Shown: positions 60,601 through 64,000 of the stretch, piece by piece
How the letters are laid out: the number at the start of each line of letters is the position of its first letter
Position numbering within the stretch: the first letter of the stretch is position 1
NCBI GenBank assembly: GCA_965116885.1
Contig: OZ220741.1
Coordinates: 5,152,001-5,216,000 of the forward strand
Direction: 5' to 3'
Source of the DNA: Candidatus Latescibacterota bacterium
GTDB lineage: Bacteria > Latescibacterota > UBA2968
Length of the DNA: 64,000 nt
Translations under genes and position numbers: made by a program
The notes under the pieces: model-generated
What the model saw: only the letters and a program-made list of their open reading frames with translations
Told to the model about the DNA's origin: nothing
The model's database searches: none

Positions 60601-60843
60601 GAGGATCTGGGCCTGTATGGTTCTCGAATCGAAGATATGGGTCAGCGCACCTTATCCGCTTCTCAAGACCGCCCAATCGTGCCCTTGAATGAATTTGAAC
60701 GCCGCTACATCCTCGACGTGCTCAAAGCCACCAAATATCAGATAAAGGGTCCTGAAGGCGCGGCGACATTGCTGGGAGTACCGCCTTCTACCCTGTACGG
60801 CAAAATGAAAAGACTGGGTATCAAAAATCAAAAACCAAAGTAG
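57640..60843 (+). CDS. Sigma-54-dependent activator: Reg_prop beta-propellers + Y_Y_Y + AAA+ + Fis-type HTH
   Basis: Repeated EDxxGxLWF blades; YIYRLKGYD...YRDLPPGDYTFQVRA; GETGVGK, GAFTSA, LFLDE, FREDLYYRL, WPGNVREL. Confidence 0.93.
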   Translation: MTKPLDRTGIWRTYTMADGLAGMRVEHIVEDSEGYLWFATWGNGVSRFDGDEFQNFTRRDGLINDHTYFLLQDSQKRLWFSTENGVCWYSGTVFHHLEDEGIAGRAVHSIYEDSEGRVWLGGTRTLGYYDGTVYHDLIPRYLQDYEQPPSPQWSNLCWGITQDMEGRLWFGFDYPIRYDGQSFHRYDEKEGFPQDGNVYSVGRDPAGKVWIGRLGHREGLWCYADGTFLYVQVDLGGGLRRIQCDGTGRMWFSTSEGVLYQDGEEFNRFTPADGLPHPAVKSVFQDRDHQYWFATWGGVVLYDTQTSVFDLSKELSSNVSEVSQLVQDRRGDIWVGCVVYLLNPLIKSVFRFDGEHFAFAGTEYDFDINNCFAIYEDFEGYLWFGGRNGLFRYDGQKVEKIETIAGLDGKSVSAIAQDSQGGFLFGHWENSTGKKREDIFASALKLIYQRGEEFQTIFVENEKKDPFSSIGTVIAGRNNEIYFHLTCHNFSVGGRGLARWHPEDGIKFYGIEDGLIDHQITDLLLDRNGNLWVATPCGLSCFDGNDFHNFTTADGLPSDCIRCLLEDRQGHLWIGTDGGVIHYDGQYFQTINSPHIGSVSQILEDRDGAFWLGTTLGSIIRYRQRQTLPQIRLLSVIADQVYENLQEGIVSKTDQNVIFEYKGMSFSTHPRDMLYIYRLKGYDSDWQPATRKMRAHYRDLPPGDYTFQVRAIDRDLNYSEMTQVQLSVEPDPRIKALTDVINRRESQKFIGHSAALRQFQVNLEKIAPTDITVLILGETGVGKGLAARTLHALSANGDGPFIEVSCGALPTALIDSELFGHERGAFTSAVSHRLGRVELAEDGTLFLDEVGDMAVETQVKLLRLLEEGTFERIGSNETRMAKTRIVAATNRDLKEMVSTGDFREDLYYRLNAFLMYLPPLRERKEDIPELAEYFKDRLSSHIGKQIDSLTPEIIEVLQSYDWPGNVRELEHTIQRAVILCPHSQIGVEDLGLYGSRIEDMGQRTLSASQDRPIVPLNEFERRYILDVLKATKYQIKGPEGAATLLGVPPSTLYGKMKRLGIKNQKPK

Positions 60844-60844
60844 A

Positions 60845-61801
60845 TTATACATTATCGCGAATCTTTTCCCAAATAGTAGCCGCAGCGTGGACATCTTGAA
60901 TCGCCAGACCGCTCGAATACGCAATACATCCCTGTCCTCGCAAATGTTCCAAATGTCCCAGTGCCGCATGTCCGATATTCAGTATCTCATCCTCCTCACC
61001 CTTTACCCAGCGAGGCGTCTCATCTCTCTGGCACAACGCGAGAAACTCGCCCGACTTCAGCACCTGCTCACCGTGATCGGGCACCACAAATCGCCGCGTC
61101 AACAATCCCGAATCCAATTGTGTGGAACGCCCATCGCCCCCAATCACAGAAATATGCACATGGCTTTCCACATCGAAGAGAATCGGCTCAGGCGTTGGCA
61201 CAGAAGTAAAAACCGCATCTGCCCCATCAATACAGGTCTCAATATCCGCAACCACCTCCAGATCACAGGAAATATCTCCTCCAACCTCTGCTGCATAAGC
61301 CTCACGCTTCTCGGCCGTCCTGCTCGTTACACGTATAGTCTCTGGCGCCAGAGCCACATCAATACACCTCCCCAATGCCTGTGCAATGCGCCCCGTCCCC
61401 AGAATCGCCGCCGTGCGTACCGGCGACTTCGCCAAATACTTCGCGCCCAACGCACCCGCCGCGCCCGTACGCATATTGGTAATACGCTCGGCATCAAACG
61501 AAATGCGATCACCCCTCCGCACATCCTCCAATTCGATCACAGCGGTTCTCGAACCCAGCCGCCCCATCTTGACATCCGAACGCTCTTCGATAACCTTTTG
61601 TCCCATAAATTTCCCCTTCCACCAGCCCGGCATCACCAGACGAAAAAGATCCATCTCTCCCTCGCGCGAAACCTCTTCTTTGCGCAGCGGACTGACCATT
61701 TTTCCAAGACCATAAAGTTGAAACGCCTCATCGCAACTCTCGACAAAATCCCGCGTCGTCATCACCGAAGCGATTTGTTCATCTGAAATATACTGTCTCA
61801 T
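60845..61801 (-). CDS. Ornithine cyclodeaminase/mu-crystallin family protein
   Basis: ITNMRTGAAG, LGTGRIA, SSGLAIQD. Confidence 0.87.
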   Translation of the reverse strand: MRQYISDEQIASVMTTRDFVESCDEAFQLYGLGKMVSPLRKEEVSREGEMDLFRLVMPGWWKGKFMGQKVIEERSDVKMGRLGSRTAVIELEDVRRGDRISFDAERITNMRTGAAGALGAKYLAKSPVRTAAILGTGRIAQALGRCIDVALAPETIRVTSRTAEKREAYAAEVGGDISCDLEVVADIETCIDGADAVFTSVPTPEPILFDVESHVHISVIGGDGRSTQLDSGLLTRRFVVPDHGEQVLKSGEFLALCQRDETPRWVKGEEDEILNIGHAALGHLEHLRGQGCIAYSSGLAIQDVHAAATIWEKIRDNV

Positions 61802-61838
61802 GTAATACCTCACTTAAGAATGGGCAAACCCCACCCAA

Positions 61839-61867
61839 CGGGCGGGCACAGGGGCACCGCCCCTACA
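61839..61867 (-). repeat. GTAG-type REP-like element
   Basis: Minus strand TGTAGGGGCGGTGCCCCTGTGCCCGCCC. Confidence 0.55.
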
Positions 61868-61893
61868 TTGTGTATATATACTGCTATTTGTTG

Positions 61894-62127
61894 ATAAACT
61901 GGCCTGAGAGGCGGCCAGTCATGCTCGATTTACTCGCCTTCATACCCCGTTCCGTCTATGAACTGGTCTGGAAAACGACCATTTGTACCCCTTTCCGTTG
62001 ACATTTGTTTTTGGGCGATCTATTTTAGGGCTACTGTAGGCTGCTATGAGATAGCTCAAATTGTTCGCTATCTTCTTAATTCTTAATTTTTAATGAACTG
62101 GTCTGGGCTGCGACCAGTTTTACACCG
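61894..62127 (+). repeat. Three further copies of the ~35-bp palindromic element
   Basis: ACTGGCC-TGAGAGGC-GGCCAGT (61894), AACTGGTC-TGGAAAAC-GACCATTT (61958), AACTGGTC-TGGGCTGC-GACCAGTT (62093). Confidence 0.8.
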
Positions 62128-62162
62128 TTCCTCAATTCCTAATTCTTCTTTGGGAGATTTTC

Positions 62163-62867
62163 ATGGCACAATCAACTCAGGCTGATCGCCCAATGTACAC
62201 CATTTACCGCGCAGGCACACCTATTGTAATTGACGGACGCCTGAATGAACCCGCCTGGGTCGCAGCACCAGACGTGGGAGCCTTTGTATTTCCGTGGTAC
62301 GAATCGGGCAAAAAAGAACAAACCGTAGCCAAAATGCTGTGGGACGACAATAATTTATACGTCTCGTACATCTGTGAAGATGCACATATTTGGGCAGAAC
62401 ACACCGCGCGCGATTCCGACGTGTGGAAAGACGATACCGTCGAAGTATTCACAGCACCCAACCCCAATCAGCCCCAGGCCTATTTTAACATTGAAATGAA
62501 CGTACTCGGCATCTTTCTCGACCAGTTTCATCCACAAGGTCCCGACGCGCCCGTACCCGGCGAGTGGAATGGCGAAGGCATTCAGATTAAAACGCAAATC
62601 GTCGGCACATTGAACGATGACAGCGACGAAGACGAATACTGGATATTGGAAGCCGCCATACCCTTTGCAAATTTTGCACACGTCGCCGTGCATACCCCTC
62701 CAAAAACCGGTGACATCTGGCACCTCAATCTAAATCGCCTGGGCGGAAAAACCAATGAGCAATTCAGCCAGTGGTCGGGCAGCCGCACGCCGGAGCCGCA
62801 ATTTCATTCACCAGATGATTTTGGGCGGGTAGTATTCTCAGATAAAACAAGCCCATTCTGGCGATAA
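62163..62867 (+). CDS. CBM9-like sugar-binding domain protein
   Basis: IDGRLNEPAW, LWDDNNLYV, DDTVEVF, EAAIPF, NLNR, FHSP..FG. Confidence 0.85.
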   Translation: MAQSTQADRPMYTIYRAGTPIVIDGRLNEPAWVAAPDVGAFVFPWYESGKKEQTVAKMLWDDNNLYVSYICEDAHIWAEHTARDSDVWKDDTVEVFTAPNPNQPQAYFNIEMNVLGIFLDQFHPQGPDAPVPGEWNGEGIQIKTQIVGTLNDDSDEDEYWILEAAIPFANFAHVAVHTPPKTGDIWHLNLNRLGGKTNEQFSQWSGSRTPEPQFHSPDDFGRVVFSDKTSPFWR

Positions 62868-62885
62868 TCGCAAAAGGAGAAAAAC

Positions 62886-63962
62886 ATGTCACAGACATTG
62901 CCATTACTCGAAGTCAGTGGTTCGCCAACCGAGCGAGGTCGTGCGCATGGTGAGGCATTTAAGGAACTGATCCGGGACCTTGTCACCGTCAACTTTGAAG
63001 ATATGGTCCAGGGAACACAGGGCTATCTGACAAAAGAGCGCGTGTATGAAATTGTATCAACTTACGCGGAACCCAACCGCGACTATGCACCCCACCTCTT
63101 TGAAGAAATGGAAGGAATCGCCGAGGCAGCGGATGTACCCGTAGAAGACCTGCTCGCATTAAACGGCTTTTTGGAATTACACGATTATTATTCCGATGCA
63201 TTTATGGTATCGGGTTGCACATCGTTCATGGCTCCGGGAGACACATCGGGCGAAGGCGCATTAATCGCGCAAAATTACGACCTCTCGTCAATCTATGCAG
63301 CGGCGGCAATTTTGATCAAAGTCAAAAATGATCACGCACCCGACGCGCTCTTTTACACATCTGCCGGCATGCTGGGCTGTGCCGGAGTAAACGACGCGGG
63401 CATTGGCGTCGTCATCAACAACCTCGTCCCATCAGATGCATCGGGCGGCGTGCTTTATCCCTTCATCATTCGGCGCATCCTGGAATCCGTGCGAATCGGA
63501 GATGCCATAGATGCAGTTATAGCAAAACCGAGAGCATCGGGTATGAATTACGTGATATGCGATGAAAATGGCGAAATATACGACCTCGAAACCACGGCGA
63601 GAGAATACGAAGTCATCTGTCCCTTTGATGGACCCATGGCCCATTCAAATCACTATCTAACAGACCGGCTCAAACCCTTTGAACGGCGTCAATGGGATCA
63701 ACGCGGCCAGAGCATCTTACGCTGGGGACGAGCGACCAGATTGTTAAAATCCTGCGACAAACGCAATGCGGACGCCCTGAAAAATATGCTATCAGACCGC
63801 GTAAATACCCCCGTGGGAATATGCCGCCACAACGAAATTCACAATGGCGAAGCCTGCGGTCAAACCATTGCCGGCATCGTACTCGATCCCCCGGGGCGAA
63901 AAGCGTGGTACACCAGAGGACCGACCGGTGAAAACGAGTGGGTTGAGTATCGCCTAAACTAA
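62886..63962 (+). CDS. Peptidase C45 (Ntn acyltransferase/hydrolase) family
   Basis: ERGRAHG, GCTS autocleavage site, AQNYD, GVNDAG, HSNHY. Confidence 0.88.
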   Translation: MSQTLPLLEVSGSPTERGRAHGEAFKELIRDLVTVNFEDMVQGTQGYLTKERVYEIVSTYAEPNRDYAPHLFEEMEGIAEAADVPVEDLLALNGFLELHDYYSDAFMVSGCTSFMAPGDTSGEGALIAQNYDLSSIYAAAAILIKVKNDHAPDALFYTSAGMLGCAGVNDAGIGVVINNLVPSDASGGVLYPFIIRRILESVRIGDAIDAVIAKPRASGMNYVICDENGEIYDLETTAREYEVICPFDGPMAHSNHYLTDRLKPFERRQWDQRGQSILRWGRATRLLKSCDKRNADALKNMLSDRVNTPVGICRHNEIHNGEACGQTIAGIVLDPPGRKAWYTRGPTGENEWVEYRLN

Positions 63963-64000
63963 AAAAGCCGCATTCCTGTTGAGACCGTTGCGAGAAGTGA

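Overview
Bacterial chromosomal window of moderate GC, densely coding and mostly on the + strand. The gene content suggests a Latescibacterota/Gemmatimonadota-like organism, possibly a marine-sponge symbiont (inference). It includes GWxTD proteins, sulfatases, PhyH/TauD dioxygenases, an internalin-type LRR protein with a C-terminal DFDGDG EF-hand pair, FGE/C-type-lectin-fold proteins and NHL-like repeat proteins. Recognisable genes are selA-selB, fbaB, mazG, queD, hicAB, an RND pair, a MacB-type permease, two sigma factors and a long catabolic run (two sulfatases, GH29 fucosidase, enolase-family enzyme, amidohydrolase). Most interesting: (1) a sigma-54 switch in which an apparently cytoplasmic beta-propeller/Y_Y_Y-AAA+ activator faces a near-consensus -24/-12 promoter that drives a cassette of secreted binding-fold proteins, including three genes with a shared DGR-target-like 3' end, one with its lectin domain cleanly deleted; (2) an integrase arm-binding domain fused to a probably dead nuclease fold, with clustered GCCACA sites upstream; (3) a GAAC-N4-GTTC SOS-type box inside the promoter of a RpoD-like sigma factor; (4) a ~35-bp hairpin element found four times, with covariation, apparently inserted into other repeats; (5) a stand-alone phage-like single-strand-annealing module. 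No rRNA, tRNA, CRISPR array, transposase or reverse transcriptase was recognised. All product calls come from motifs read by eye; no database search was run.
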